This document shows positions 38,235 to 51,689 of a stretch of 64,000 nt of DNA, in pieces. The stretch's first letter is position 1, and every line of letters starts with the position of its first letter. The stretch is from Utricularia gibba (taxonomy: Eukaryota; Plantae; Magnoliophyta): positions 248,001-312,000 of the forward strand of contig NEEC01000017.1 in NCBI GenBank assembly GCA_002189035.1, in the 5' to 3' direction. The notes beneath the pieces were generated by a model that worked only from the letters and a program-made list of their open reading frames with translations, was not told where the DNA came from and did no database searches. Position numbers and translations under genes: made by a program.

Positions 38235-41108
38235 TCAGAGCTGAAGAGGCAGTTGATCGTGCAGAGAGTAGTCGTTGTTGGGTTCCATGAGATTCACAGG
38301 TAAGAAGTTTCTGAGGTCATAAGGCTGTGAGTTCATGCCCTGATACTCGGATCCAACCGCTGGCACCTGGACTGGGAGAAGGTTTATCTGCTGCTGTGCT
38401 CTCTCGTTCTCAGCTATCTGCAATGTAAGCATTCCAATTCCACATTCAGGTTCAGTGTTTACGCATGTTTGAGTTTCACAGGCTCCAGCAGTGACCTTTG
38501 CACGAAGAAACATGTTGGCGTTGTGCAGCTCCGCCTCCTGTACAACAAATTCACAACTGAGTATACTAATTATCTGAGCTGATTTCAGACAAACTTCAGT
38601 CGAGAAATGTACCCTTTTCTGCATGAGCTCAATCTCGGCATACAACAGTTCATTCTGCATGCAAAAAGATATCTCAAAATGTGTCATCTCTTGAGGGTTC
38701 AATCAAGATTCACTACACTACTACCTTCTTGGAGCGGATTTTAGTGATGGCTTTCTCGACTTTTAATTCTGTATTCTTGAGGTCCTTCAAGTTCATGCTC
38801 CCGACTCCCTCTCCAATCATTTTCCTGAACACAAGTAGTTCACTGAATGCCACAAAAGTTGGAGAGCAATGTGAAAGTGTAATAGCCACACACAAACATG
38901 CCTGTTCTCAGTTTGTGCTTCTCGGATCAATTTCCGTAGCTTGTTGGATTCTTGCTGGTAAAACTGGCAAAAAAGGATCAAATAGGTCATCTTACCATCT
39001 ATTCTTCTTCACCTCTTATACCATCTATGCTCTAACCTGCACATTGGCTTCTGATGCGGAGACAGAAATGGAAGAATCAGCTGTCGCTTTCTTGTATCTC
39101 TCAATGGTTGCCCTAACACTGGATTCACATTATCTCATCACAATCGATCAAACCAAAGCACAGAAGCATACATGAACTACTCGGTGTGTATATTTAATAA
39201 ATATGCTTTAAAGAAGGAAGACAAAATTTAAGCAAACACATCTGCAATAGTAACAGTAATGCAGGAACCCTTCTGTCATGATAAGCTGAAAACTTAATTC
39301 CGTCGACATTGGCTCTAGCATCTTTAGTTGTGGGTTTTCGCCACGTGTCCCATGTACCGAAGGTTAATACCCAGGAACTTCCCCCAATACCCACCTCGTT
39401 TCATTCAAAATCCCGATGATGCTTTCAACGATTCAGTGTCTAGCTGGGTGAATCATGACCCATTGATTCTTATGGGGCTTGGAAGGGGTAAAGATTTAAT
39501 CTGTAGAGGGAATACATGCAGAAATCAGCGTATACAAATAGTATGCCTTGTTTGTCTTCTCTGATTTCGGGGGGTTTGAGTGAAGGAATCTCCACTCAGA
39601 GCAGCCATTTTTCACATTGCGGCATTTCCCATGCAACCCAGGGATGAATGCAGAAAGAAAAGCCATCTGCTTTCGGTTTCTGTACTGGGGGAGGCACAAA
39701 TTGGAACTCGGTTTCTATGCCAACATCACACTTCATCTTCTTCAATGAAAAAGCAGAAGAAGAAGCTCATTTCAAGCTTAAAAAACATAGTGTCTGAGAG
39801 CGTGACTGATTGAAAGTGCATCATGGTAAAAGGTCTACTCTGATGCAGAAAAGGTAAACGTTTCACATTTGAAGATAGAAAGAAAAGGGGGTGTCTGAAG
39901 AGGTGGTAAGAGAAACTTAGCAAAGGAAGAGCACGAGCCCTTCTGGGGAAACTGAAAATTGAATTCTGACATGACCAAAGATTCATTCTGTGGTTCTTAA
40001 AATTCATGTGACCAACTCACCATTCGCCATATCATACACAAAGTCGTTTTTTAAGCTCAATCAATAACACTAAACCATAGAACCCGGTAGCAAAGCTGTA
40101 AAAATGAAGTCAAAATCCCATCTTTCGTATATGAGAAAGTGTAAGTTTTCAGTTTACTGTTTTTCAGAAACCCTAGTTATCTATATTTGGGATCTAAGTT
40201 TTCTTTCTTAAAATAAAATCAAAAAAATGAAATGGAGGTTGAGTAAGGGTCAAATGAGGGTTGGAAAGAGGGAAATTGAGCAAATGAGAAGTTGACAGCA
40301 TCATACTGGAGCTGTTTCTAACTCTGACAGATGACATGTGGTGAACTCTATGTATGCATCAAACAAGAATGAAGGAGCACAAGCCAGCTGATTCCATGGG
40401 CGTCAGCACGAAGTGCACTAGGCAAGCCCTAATCTTTTCGTCCATTTCTCCATCAAGGTTTCACTTGTTTTGCCTGTATCCCTAACTTGTTTTGTATGGC
40501 TTGTGTCTGTATCAATTCCATCAGATCTGGAAGCTATGTCTAACAGGAACATGACGAGGGGCACAGAAAGTGAAGAAGAACATCACAAAAGCTCATAAAG
40601 GGAAGGTCAACACCCAAGGAGTGGATGGAAGCTCTATCACCTTAGCAGATCTACTAGATTTTCATGACATAAGAAATCCAAACTTAACCTCCTTGTAAGG
40701 GAATAAGAATCTCAAATAAGAGATCGGCAAGTTAAGATCTTTTCTTGTTGTTAACCTTTTTCGGTGTCATGGCTTACTATTTGATTGAGATCTAGAAGCT
40801 GGGTGTGAAATAGCCACTAGATCTTGAAGGAAAGCAAAAAAAGGGGAAGAAGGAGAAGGCTTTTTGTATTTTTGTTACCTGTTGTTTGCATATTCGTAAA
40901 GCCTTCCTCTAGTGGAGAAGACGATGAGGGCGATCTCGGCATCGCACAGCACCGAAAGCTCATACGCCTTCTTGAGGAGGCCATTTCTACGTTTGCAGAA
41001 GGTGACTTGGCGGTTTGTAGTGTTCTCAATCCTCTTGATCTCAATTTTCCCTCTCCCGTTTTTCCTCGAAGAGTTGGAATTCTCAGATTCTTGATTAGGA
41101 AACTCCAT
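38235..41108 (-). CDS. SHP: AGAMOUS-subfamily MIKC MADS-box factor, PLENA/SHATTERPROOF lineage; coding exons 41108-40879, 39118-39037, 38963-38902, 38824-38725, 38654-38613, 38537-38496, 38417-38235
   Basis: N-terminal extension, MADS '[59 protein letters not shown]', canonical 82/62/100/42/42-bp exons, AG motifs '[15 protein letters not shown]...DQLPLQL'. The lineage call uses MEFPNQ, VFSTRG/YANN and the flanking genes. Confidence 0.93.
40181..40190 (-). promoter_or_regulatory. Relaxed CArG-like box (CCAAATATAG) in the large regulatory intron of the MADS gene
   Basis: Matches CC(A/T)7G. AG-subfamily large introns are known to be regulatory, but such a 10-mer also occurs by chance in AT-rich DNA. 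Confidence 0.25.
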
Positions 41109-42104
41109 AGATGCAGTAGGCTGAGATGAAAAACAAGCAAAAGATTAGCATAGAAGGGCTGGCTTCTGCAGAAATGGAAGTTTGATCAAAAGATTAGAAG
41201 CTGCTTTGGGCAACACCAACAAAACAGAAACTCAGAAGCACCCAAAAACAGCTAAACATGAATGATTTTCTTTATCCCTCACTAGAGCTGAATATGTTTT
41301 GCAGTTAGGTGAACTCTCAAACCTGGTAAAGAAGGGGAAGCTAAGGCAGGCAGGCAACTGAATCAAGAAAGAGGGTTCTTTAATACTTCTCTCCCCTATC
41401 AGAATCCATTTACTTCCAACGTATTCTGATGAGAGCAATGAGATAAGAATGCAGAAAATGGAACTGCGGAGACGTATTTATGGTCACGACGCAGACCCCC
41501 AACAAGACAGCATTTTTAGCTTTTGCTTTCCTTTCTCCACCAAAAAAAAAGAGATCATCATCATCATCCTCGGTATTATTGTTGCTGAATAAAATTGGAA
41601 ACGAGGGACATGGGGATGCCAGTACTCTCTTTCTCAAGTATGGGATAAAGGTGGGAGATGAGAGGAGAGGAGAGGGAAGGTTCATTCGAGAAGAGAGCAG
41701 TGAGGAGGGCTTGGCCAACTTGTACTGGGAAATTGACTCATCATCACATCACACACACACACTCGAATACTTACTTCATGTTGCACTCACGGCCTCCTTA
41801 GCCATTTTCTTCTGCTTTTAATGAAACTGGCAAATGAGTCAAGAGACTATGCCTACTGTCGTCTCCCGTTTTCGGATATCATGCAAATCAAAATCATTAA
41901 TTAATTAATTATATGAATCGGAGTTCGAACACCATCGTCATAGAGTTTGGGTTTTGGGCCGAATGTGAACCCAATCCCGTTTCTGGTGAGAGCCTAATGA
42001 CATGGGAAATCGATACCCAAGTAGCAAGTAGTACGTGTGCATTTAGATTACATCCTCAAATCCTGGCTGCTGAGTTGAGTGGAGTGGATCGCTGACCTGC
42101 TCCT

Positions 42105-44596
42105 CTATCTACCACTTGAGGGTGTGGAATCGCTGTGATCCAGCTTCAGGATGGGCTGAAACCCCTGGAGGCACCTGAGAGCTTTTTCCTGTGAAAGAAA
42201 TTTGAGTGCCTGTGATAGCAAATAGCAATCTATCTCTGAGTGCGCTGCTTTTCACATTACCTTCCAACGAATCTTCTGGGCTAGATGCTGGTTGATCTCG
42301 TCCAACTTCAGGATTATTCGCAGGAAGGACGGTCTCTTGCCGGGGTCCTCCTTCCAGCAATCTTGTATTAGCCTGTTCAGAAGCGGCCATGCCTTTCAAA
42401 CATCTAGTGCATAACAACGTGAAAAGCCTCCAAGATATATAGAGGCGGATAGGTGTCAGGGAAGTATAAGGGCTCACTGTCGGAGTCCGTAAGAGTAACG
42501 CTTCAGTGGAGCTAAAAATGGAGGACGCTGATTGCCAACATATGCATTAGCAGCTTCAACTTCCGTCTTCGTGGGAAATGGCGGATGACCTTCAATCATC
42601 TGTGGACGAAGGAAGACAGGAACATGAACGGCAGACAACATTAACGTTCCGTGTATGAGTATTCAACGATAAATATCTGCTTCTAAGGAAAGAAACTAGG
42701 AAGGCTGTAAAACACGGACCTCCTGCAGTATCAGGGCGAATGAGAACACGTCAACTTTCGTATCATATTCTTCATTTCTAAAAACTTCGGGAGCCACATA
42801 CCGCCCTAAGTTTAAATAGAGGGTTAAACCTAAAAGAGCCAGAAGACCAACTGGAGTAGACAGACATGTACTTCTGAATATCAGCACACTTACAAAAAAT
42901 TTGTTGTTGAATGGCAGGTTTTTCTTCTTTTGTAGTTTTTGACACTTGTAACAGTTCGCTTAGCCCGAAATCTGCAACTTTGAGATGGCCGGAATCATCC
43001 ATCAATATGTTTCTGTCAGAACCACATTCTAGGAAATCAGATATAACGAAGAATGAGATCCAAAACTAATACAAAGTTAACAGTGAAGTGCATACGAGGG
43101 TTCGAGATCTCTGTGAATGATTGTTTCAGGTTTATGCTCATGCAGATAGTTCATTCCTCTGCAATTCACAATAAAGTATGACAAGTTATAGGATGTGGAA
43201 GGAACAAGCTCCATTGCAACGGAAGTGCAGGACCTCTAACATGCATTCTTAAGACCCGAAACAAGATTTTCCGATTATCTAAGATCTGACCTTGCAATAT
43301 CTAGAGCAAATTTGATAACAGTTCTCATCTTTAAGGAACGCCTTCTTTTCAGGTATGCACCCAAGTCTCCCTGAGCACAAAAATCATATACTAAGAGCTT
43401 ATCGTAATTGATATCAGGGGCTTAAAGAATAACATGTACACACCTTTGGTAAATATTCTGTAACGATCATCATTGGGGTACTTTGTGTCACCGCACCGAG
43501 AAATTGGACAACATTTGGATGACGCATCTTCTGAAGTAAAGAAAGCTCGTCTCTAAATGCCTTCCTGAAAGTAGCAAACCACAAGGAACCCAAAGAAAAC
43601 AAGTGGTTACTGGTAGAACAAGAATGAATGCAACGATTGAAGACACTGTATTTGCTAAATGTAAAAAACGCACACTTTATCTTCGTCGATGAAATATTCC
43701 TCACCAAGTTTCTTAACAGCAACCTGGATCCCACGCCACGAGGCAATGCAAAATGTTCCCTGAAGATTAAATGAAACAAAAAAGGAAGCCAACTGATGAG
43801 AATACAGCATGAAAAAATTCAAGTAAACATAGGATCATGATAGCTGCTACCTTAGTTATTTCTACACTGTTGGTGAAATCTAGCTCTTTGGGATTGATTT
43901 CATACTCAGGAACTTCAAGAAAATTTTGGACGAGCATAGGTGCCATCTAGAAAAATATCACACCAAAATAGATAATTGTGAGAAGCAATTTTTTTAGCTA
44001 GATGTATTGAGCTTCTTGCCCGTCGAATTTGCTATCATAAAATCGAAAGAGCGAGAGCAATAAAGAGCATCCCATCAAAACCCAAAACTTACTGGAGGTT
44101 TCGCACCATGTGCTTCCAAAAGCTTAATAACGTCATTGTTTTTATAATATATGGCATCTGCAAGAGGCTGTTCAAGTAAGGTAAGAAGGCAGATAGTTCC
44201 AAGCAACAGTATCGAAGGATAGCATCCAACAAGAATCACATATTCATGCCAAGATTATAACCCAGAAATGAGACGTGAGGCTGTACACACCGTGCTTTGC
44301 CACCGGTCCATTATATCCACCTGAGCACCCCGCCGGAGCAATAAGTCAACAACATCACTGTGTCCCTGACACGAAGCAACGTGTAAGGCTGTCCGGCCGT
44401 CGACATCACAGAAATTGACGGCGACGCCGCAATCCATCAACTCCAGCAACCCTTCCAGATCGCCCTCACTCGCCAAGTACATTAATCGAATTCCAGAATC
44501 CATAGCCTCCTCAGAGTCCGAAGGAGCAACGTCATTCTCTGAAGCTCCGGCGGAGTGCCGTCCCAATGTGAAACGGCTTTGCGAATTTGACTCCAT
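42105..44596 (-). CDS. ILK: Integrin-linked-kinase-family ankyrin-repeat Raf-like kinase, 12 exons, intact
   Basis: Ankyrin 'DGRTALHVASCQG', 'ITKGTF', 'VAVKKL', 'IIHRDLEPSNIL', 'KVADFG', 'RYVAPEVF'. All GT-AG junctions are in phase (44596-44291, 44167-44093, 43946-43851, 43759-43674, 43564-43444, 43370-43291, 43158-43096, 43012-42894, 42805-42720, 42599-42478, 42372-42261, 42188-42105). Confidence 0.93.
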
Positions 44597-45050
44597 CTAA
44601 CAATCAAGATCGGTTCACCTCAATGCAGGAAACTCCTTTCAGAGTAGGAAACAAAAGAACCACCGTAAAAGCACAAGAATGCCGTTTACCGTCAATTAAT
44701 AGGATCGCATCTGGGTCAAATTTATCCAATTTCATATATTGCGCCCCAACCCCTCTGTCTTTCGTAATTTCAAAATGGGCCCCCACTTTGTTCTTATCCG
44801 AAACGTATGATGCAAACACTAGTTTATAATATTTCACACGTGATGTATTTACTAATACGCATGTCCCTTCCCCATGTGTTTACTTACTACTTCAGAATGA
44901 AAGGGTTATTCAGACACCAATTACACGGTGCAATGTCCATCATGTGTTAGGCTAAGAGAGAAAATTAATACTAATGATGCTCAATTTTGTCACGCACACG
45001 GGATCTTACTAAATTTCTAAATTATCCTGTAGTGCCCACACCTCCATCCA

Positions 45051-45313
45051 ACAAGTTAAGATAGAAATCAAACTGATTGGAGTGCACTTTGCGACTAAGA
45101 TGATGCAATCAATGTCGTATAGAAAAGAAAACGAGAATTGTAATTCAAAATTATATTGAAATCATATAAGAGAACATCACGTAGTGTATATTTACAAGTA
45201 ACTAACTATCAGAAGAGAAGAAAATATCTTTCATAACCAATTGGTGACCACCTGCTTGGCACGACCATAAGAAGTGGCTCAACACTAGAGAGCAGATTCA
45301 ATCTTGACCCCCT
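45051..45313 (-). repeat. LTR-like ~260-bp segment, inverted copy of 51828-52083
   Basis: Reverse-complement alignment over the full length (~75-80% by eye), including the G-run of the PPT. Confidence 0.8.
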
Positions 45314-45799
45314 ACTAGTTATGTAGGCTACTTGTGAAAATTGGGTTGTTTTGCATTGTGGGGAAAGTAAACAATCTTGCCATATAAACAAAACTCTTGC
45401 CACGTAAACAATACTCTTGTCTACTAAGTAAGACTCCTGCCTATTAATCAAGACTCTCACCTATTAAGTAAGAGACTATGGTGAAAGTTTATTCCTTTAT
45501 TTCGACAAGATCCACTAATTATGCATTCAGTGCTTGTGATCCCTTTGCTCGGACAAGATTCATCAATTACGCATTCGATGCATGTGATCTTATAATTGAG
45601 AACGATGAATTTTTTTAATTTTTAAATTAATATAGTACTCATAAAATAAATTAAAAATTAGGTTAATTCAATTATAAATATACTCTTCAATCAAGATCAA
45701 TTATGTTTCTTTCTCCATTGAAAAATTTGATGACACAATGGCATCTATTTCTCTTCCAATACATGATTTTGATTCTTCATCTTTTAAATAAAAACATGA

Positions 45800-48420
45800 G
45801 CCAGTGACAATTGGAAACACTGATGAAGATGGGTTTCAAGAAAATTTTGATACTATTAATCAATTGCTACGAGTTTCTGTTTTACATGCAGCAAGTTTGA
45901 GTATCAGTTTTCAGGTAATGCTTTCGAAAAACTGGCTATTTTATTTCAAAGGGAAGAGTCGATGTTGGCCAATGAATTGTCTACTAAATGAATATATATG
46001 AACTATGATCTTGATAATCGTGTTTCGGAATTAAGATTGAGATTTAAATCTAAAGAGGAAGCTTATTTTTGTATTCGTCATTGGCATACAAAGAAGCATT
46101 TTCAATTTTGTGTCGTTGAAAGTAAATCAAAGTATCTAGTGTTAAAATATTATTCTGCTTTAGCAACTCAATGTGAGTTTCGTATTTGTCTCTATGAATC
46201 GAAACGAGATGGGATCTGGTAGTTCAATGTTTTTTATCCTCATACTTGTAGAAGTAGAATTGGGGGAAACAAACATAGAAACATTTCTGTAAGTTTCATT
46301 GGACGAGATTTGATAGATTATATTTGGAATATGCAAGGTTATATGATTTATTATTATTTATTTTTGGTTCAATTAGCATTATTTTTTAAAATTTATTTAT
46401 TTATTTTAGAGATGACGGTTAGTAAGTCAATTGTTGAAATACAAATCAGGTACAATTATATTATTGATTATGAAAAGCCTGGTTTGATATTAAACATGTA
46501 TTTGAACTTACTCATGGATCTTGGGAATCATCAATGAATAAATTGCCTCGTCATATGTTTACGCTTCAAGTGACAAATCCGGGGACAATTGTAAAATGAT
46601 CGGTTTATGATACGCAATCGCATCCAGATCATAAGATATTTCAGTATTTTTTTTTGGGCTTTTAAGCCTTGTGTAAAGGCATATCAATTGTGTGCCCCGG
46701 TCTTTTCAATTGATGCAACACATCTTTATGCACGATAATATTTCTACTCTCGTATAATGTTGGGCATATTATACCTGTTGCATATGCCCTTGTGGATGAT
46801 AAAATCTTGAATATTATTATTGGTTTATTGAGCAATTAGATTATTTTATTATTCAACAACAAGCTGGTACAATTATTTCTGATAGACATGCGGATATATT
46901 GGAAGTTGTGAGTTCTGAAAAGGCATTCAGTACTGGCAGGCTTCATCATTGATGGTGTCTTGTATATTTTGTGTCTAATTTTAACAAGTTGGCAAAAAAT
47001 AAGAAACTGAAAAATTGTTTATATGCCGCTGGTGCTACTCTAAATTTGGTGAAATTCCAGTTACATAAATGAAATAATGACTTATCAACCAACAGCAGAA
47101 TGGTTAAATTGTGTGGAGATTTTAAACAACATGGATAAATGGGCAAATGCATACGATAATGGTAAGCATCACAGATATTTGACGACGAATCAAGTGGAAT
47201 GCATGAATGGTGTGTTCAAACAAATACGAAGATATCGCATATGCAGTATTGTAGATTCTACTTTTTATTGGACTCGAACAATGTTTATTAAAATACGGCA
47301 AGAGATCGCTCATTTCAATGATAATAGAGAGGTAAATTATGTTATTTTTACTAATTAAATTTTTTTTTTTAGATGTTTACAGATGAGACGAACTTATGGT
47401 TTCATAAACAACAACAAAAGGTGATGTGACCCACTAATCTATAGAGATTAGCAGCCCACGAACAAGAGTTGATTTTGAAGCTTAGAAAGGAACCCACCTA
47501 AGTTTACCCTCAAAAGAATGAATTTCTTACAACCAGACTTCGAAACAAAGAAAAATAGGAGCCACACTTCAGAAAAGAGAAGGGATTGGAAGTGATAATC
47601 CTAGGACGCTACAAGCTCAAAGCTTGATAAGTCAAGAGTGTTCAAGCACTCAAAGAAGAAGAGTATCCTCACAGTATACATGAAAATGAACTAAAGGTCC
47701 AAAAAGAGTACATCTCTATAGTATTTATACTCTAGGATTGAGCTCTAACATTACTTGGCCCAAACTAAACGAAATAGAAAAGTCTAACAAGCCCAATGCT
47801 CTAAGGTGAATTCACCTTCAAGTAGTTGAACTCCTTTGATGGGATGTCTTCAAGTCCATGTTTGATTCCGATAGTACTGAGTGGAACCTTAAGTGTATCT
47901 TCAAGCATCTTGCTCTTGCTTCTAGTCATCGGTCCTGATGGAATGATCTTTGTCTCTAATGTGTTCACTTGGACAAACTCCTCATTATTTTTTAAATACA
48001 CTTTATTATCTTCCTGGGGCTCATCAAAAGGTAGGACGTTATCAATTGTATTATCGGGATCTTGACCGACTTGTATGTTCTGTTTACGTCGTCAGCAGAA
48101 AACATGCTAAGCGGAACCCACAAACTGTTGACTAACAAGCCCAAACATGTACATGTGGAAAGTGGTTGATATATCATCTTCCTTGCGCTCATGCTCTGAA
48201 ATGTGGGAAAATGTGTCGAATGCCATTAAATCAAATGGTCATTTGAGAATCGACCTTGAATTTGTTACAAATGCAGTATGGTGACAAAGTTTTACAAGAT
48301 TTAGGCCAAGAAGATGAATGACTAGAGGTTCAATGGTACTTTATCACAATAAACGTCAAGAGAAACACGGACGAGGCCGACATTGTGGCACTCAAATACC
48401 AAATAAAATGGATGAATAAT
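45800..48420 (+). mobile_element. Degenerate Mutator MuDR transposase, copy 2
   Basis: 'LRFKSKEEAYFCIRHW...FQFCVVESKSKYLVLK', MULE 'GHIIPVAYALVDD', 'RYLTTNQVECMNGVFK', SWIM 'CTCGKWLIYHLPCAHAL'. Confidence 0.88.
47422..48026 (-). mobile_element. Solo LTR (605 bp) inserted in the MuDR gene, TSD AAAGG
   Basis: TGATG...CATCA termini; AAAGG at 47417-21 and 48027-31. The flanks rejoin to match the uninterrupted sequence of copy 1 at ~1925-1970. The orientation is inferred from the minus-strand 'GPMTRSKSK' motif. Confidence 0.9.
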
Positions 48421-49379
48421 GTGTTTTGTGATTTCTAATATTGTTTTTGTTCTATTTGAATATCATTTTAATAAATTGATAAGTGTGGTAACACTAGAAA
48501 TAATTATGAAATTCTCTGAAAATTTAAATAATATTTAAACAATACTTGAAAAATTCAGAAAAATAATATCAAAAATATTACTCAGATTAATTACATTTAT
48601 ATTTATATCTAAATATCAACTTAATATTATTTATTAACTTTATATAATAAAGTTAATATTATATTTTTTTTATCATTTTGTAGATAAACAATATTTTGAT
48701 TACTTTATTAGCCTTAGTCTTTGTTTATGGACGACGTGCACACACGTGATGTGGCATTCGGGAGGGGTAGGTTCCCCCTCTCAGAGTGGGGTGTGGCATG
48801 GGATGTGGTGACAGGACGGCAGCGAGCAAGATGGCGAGGCAATGCTGTGCACACACGATGCTAGCATGACCTCCCGTATGTTCTCTTTGCACTTCACCAC
48901 TTGCACGTGCGGAAGCTTGCCATGGTGAGGAGTGCTGGGCATGGCGAGGGAGATGGTGAAGTGTTGCCGCACATGCATTAACAATATATATATTGTTTGG
49001 AAATATAAATAATATTTTGATTAGTTTGTATCAATTTTAGATATCTCAAATTAGTTACATTAATATTATATTTATATTTATATCTAAATATCATCTTAAT
49101 AATATTTATTATATTTATATAATAAAGTTAATGTTAGATTTGTTATCATTTTTAGAAATATAAACAATGTATTAATTAGTTCATTGTCACTTGTATATAT
49201 CTCAAACTAATTACATTAATACTGAATTTACATACTAAAGTTAAAAACAATATTTTGAAGCTAATTTAAAATTATAAAGTTTGGATTAGTTTGAAAAAAA
49301 ACAATAAAACTAATTTAAAATAAAAATTACAAATATTTAGACATTCAGTCTTCTACTCATGCTCATCATCTTCTTCCGC

Positions 49380-51490
49380 ACCCCTATTGCACCTAACATC
49401 AATATTAGAAGTAGGAACAATCAAGTTAGGCCTAGGAGGAATGGGTGGAGTCGTAAACTGTCCATAAGCCCAAGGAGAAGTCATCCTCGCCATTGAAGAA
49501 AAACCCATGTTTTGCCCTCCAACATGTGACAACGTCTGAAATACATGAGGTGGATTCCATGGTGCTGGGTGCTAAGGCATTTGGTGATGAGTAAATTGTC
49601 CATGAAAAGACTCCTGTGTCGAATATACCGGCATCGAAGGAGTAGCAAACCATGAAGATGAAACGAACTCCTCTGAGGGATATGATGAGCTACAAGGGGT
49701 TGTGAGAACGTGTATGCTGATGTGATTCTCAAGTAGGCTCTGTATGCATCATTGGCCAATATGAAATACCAAATAGTTAATTGTGCATTTGGTGAGAGGC
49801 TATCTCAGCTAACTGCCTCATCATGTTTGAATCCGCAGATGTCATATTTGCCATATGATGAAATTGTGATGCCTACATATTGAATCATCAAATCAAATTT
49901 ATTATTATCGTAAATAATAGTATAAACATGTAGTCTTATTGCATAAGATAGAGGCTATACCACTCCACCTAACCATCTAGTACTGAATTCTGTAGGGGTG
50001 TTGTCAAGAAATCTTATTGCCACCCTTTCATATCACTCATAATATTTCTTCTCAGAGACTACATAGCCATTAGAGTGATATAGATGGTCCATCAGAGCAT
50101 TCCAAGTCTCAAAAAATTGAATATTTCTTGATTCCCAACTCTGATCCTTTGCAGTCCAACAACTTGGTGGATGATCAATCAGATTGGCTGGTATACATAA
50201 CGGTAACCCAAATTGACGAAAAACTCTATGAATATTCTGATACTCAACAATCCCAAAAAACAGTAAGGGCCCACAATATGTCCAAATCTTATTATGTAAA
50301 AATTGTTATTTAAGCAATCATAAATAAAAAGGATGCTTTGAATAAAGTTACCTTATGGTGTCCAATAAGATCTAAAATATCTTTACAAATAAGAAGTTGA
50401 TTGTGAGATGTAGTCATTCTATTCATAATTGTAGTGTACCTTTCATATTAAAGAAGAATAATTAGCAAATAAAGTGAATTATATTTCTATCATAAAGAAA
50501 TTAGTACCTCAAATCATAAATCATACGACATGCTTGATTGTATGATACATCCGGAAAATGCATACGATCTATGGGTGATAGTGTTTGAATTTAACTCCAA
50601 GTCCATAACTGAAAAAGTAATCATAAATCATTTGAAAAAATTAAAAAATAATAATTTTCATTAACAAACTTATAAAAGTCGAATAGGGCCGCCAATGGTC
50701 TCTCTTCCAATTATGCATCCTTCACTCAAGCTACGATACAAGTAAGTTAAAACTGCTGAATTCCAACTGAGTACCCTATTTCTTCATCATTTTTTATTAA
50801 ATCTAGATAAGAAAGACAACATTCATTGCCTTTTGCATTAGGAAAAAAAACCCTACAAATGATCAACGCAGCAATACAACGGACATATCTTATATAAAAA
50901 AAATAGTGATAATACTTTAGTGAATGTAAATATATAAATAAAAATTAATATCAATTACCTTAGTATATTTTGTGATCTGAATCAACATCAACTTTCTTTC
51001 CAAATTCCTTAACATAATCTCTAAATTATGGAAACGAAAATTTAGTTGCACTTCTCAGCTGAGGCTCTCTCCATCCAAATCTGTTTTGAAGAAATTCTAA
51101 CCATTCATTTACATTCCGAGATGTACTTCTGCTATAGATGGCATCGCCACCCACTTGAAGTCCCCAAATGATGGAGACATCCTGCAATGTAATTGTTGCC
51201 TGCAAAAAAAAAAAATTAAGAATTTTCTTAAGAAATGTAGTTAAAAAAATAAATATAAAAAAGATTCTCTCCACAGATTAAATGAAATGCTCTTGTTTAT
51301 GGACGCCATCTTTCTATCAATGATGTTAATAAATGGTAATCATATTGAATTCTACAAGTCTTCAGAACTCCATAAAATCTCCATTGGGCAAGAATTTGAG
51401 CAATAGCAGTGGGGGGTTCTAACTTATGTAAAATGTTATCCCAATGTTTAAATGTATAAACATTATTCAAATCTTTACGATTCAAAATTC
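49380..51490 (-). pseudogene. Plant Mobile Domain (PMD) gene of MULE copy 2, degenerate
   Basis: 'HLLTSLIERWRP' and 'TITLQDVSIIWGLQVGGDAI' are PMD hallmark motifs; downstream frames are broken. Confidence 0.8.
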
Positions 51491-51689
51491 AACTCGAAAT
51501 ATACTGATCTCGCTTGGTAAGCGAGACTCTTGCTTATGTGTAGTGCATTTTATCATTCGCATTGTAGTCCAATTTCCTCACTGTTTATAAAAATTAGTCT
51601 ACATAACCATTTTTACCCCTTAAGTGGGGAGGCAATGCAAACAAAGTTTGATAACAATATAATGGAATAAAGAGGAATTTACTGCTTTA

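Noticed and set aside
39119-40878. Conserved CCAATCA boxes and CCANTGG LEAFY sites in the MADS large intron
   Set aside because: No exact copies found by eye; only TCAATCA-type variants. A PWM scan would be needed.
42109-42175. Alternative ILK last exon 'VPPGVSAH...' suggesting a frameshift
   Set aside because: The acceptor at 42188 gives an in-frame, family-like ending 'EKALRCLQGFQPILKLDHS...'; no frameshift is needed.
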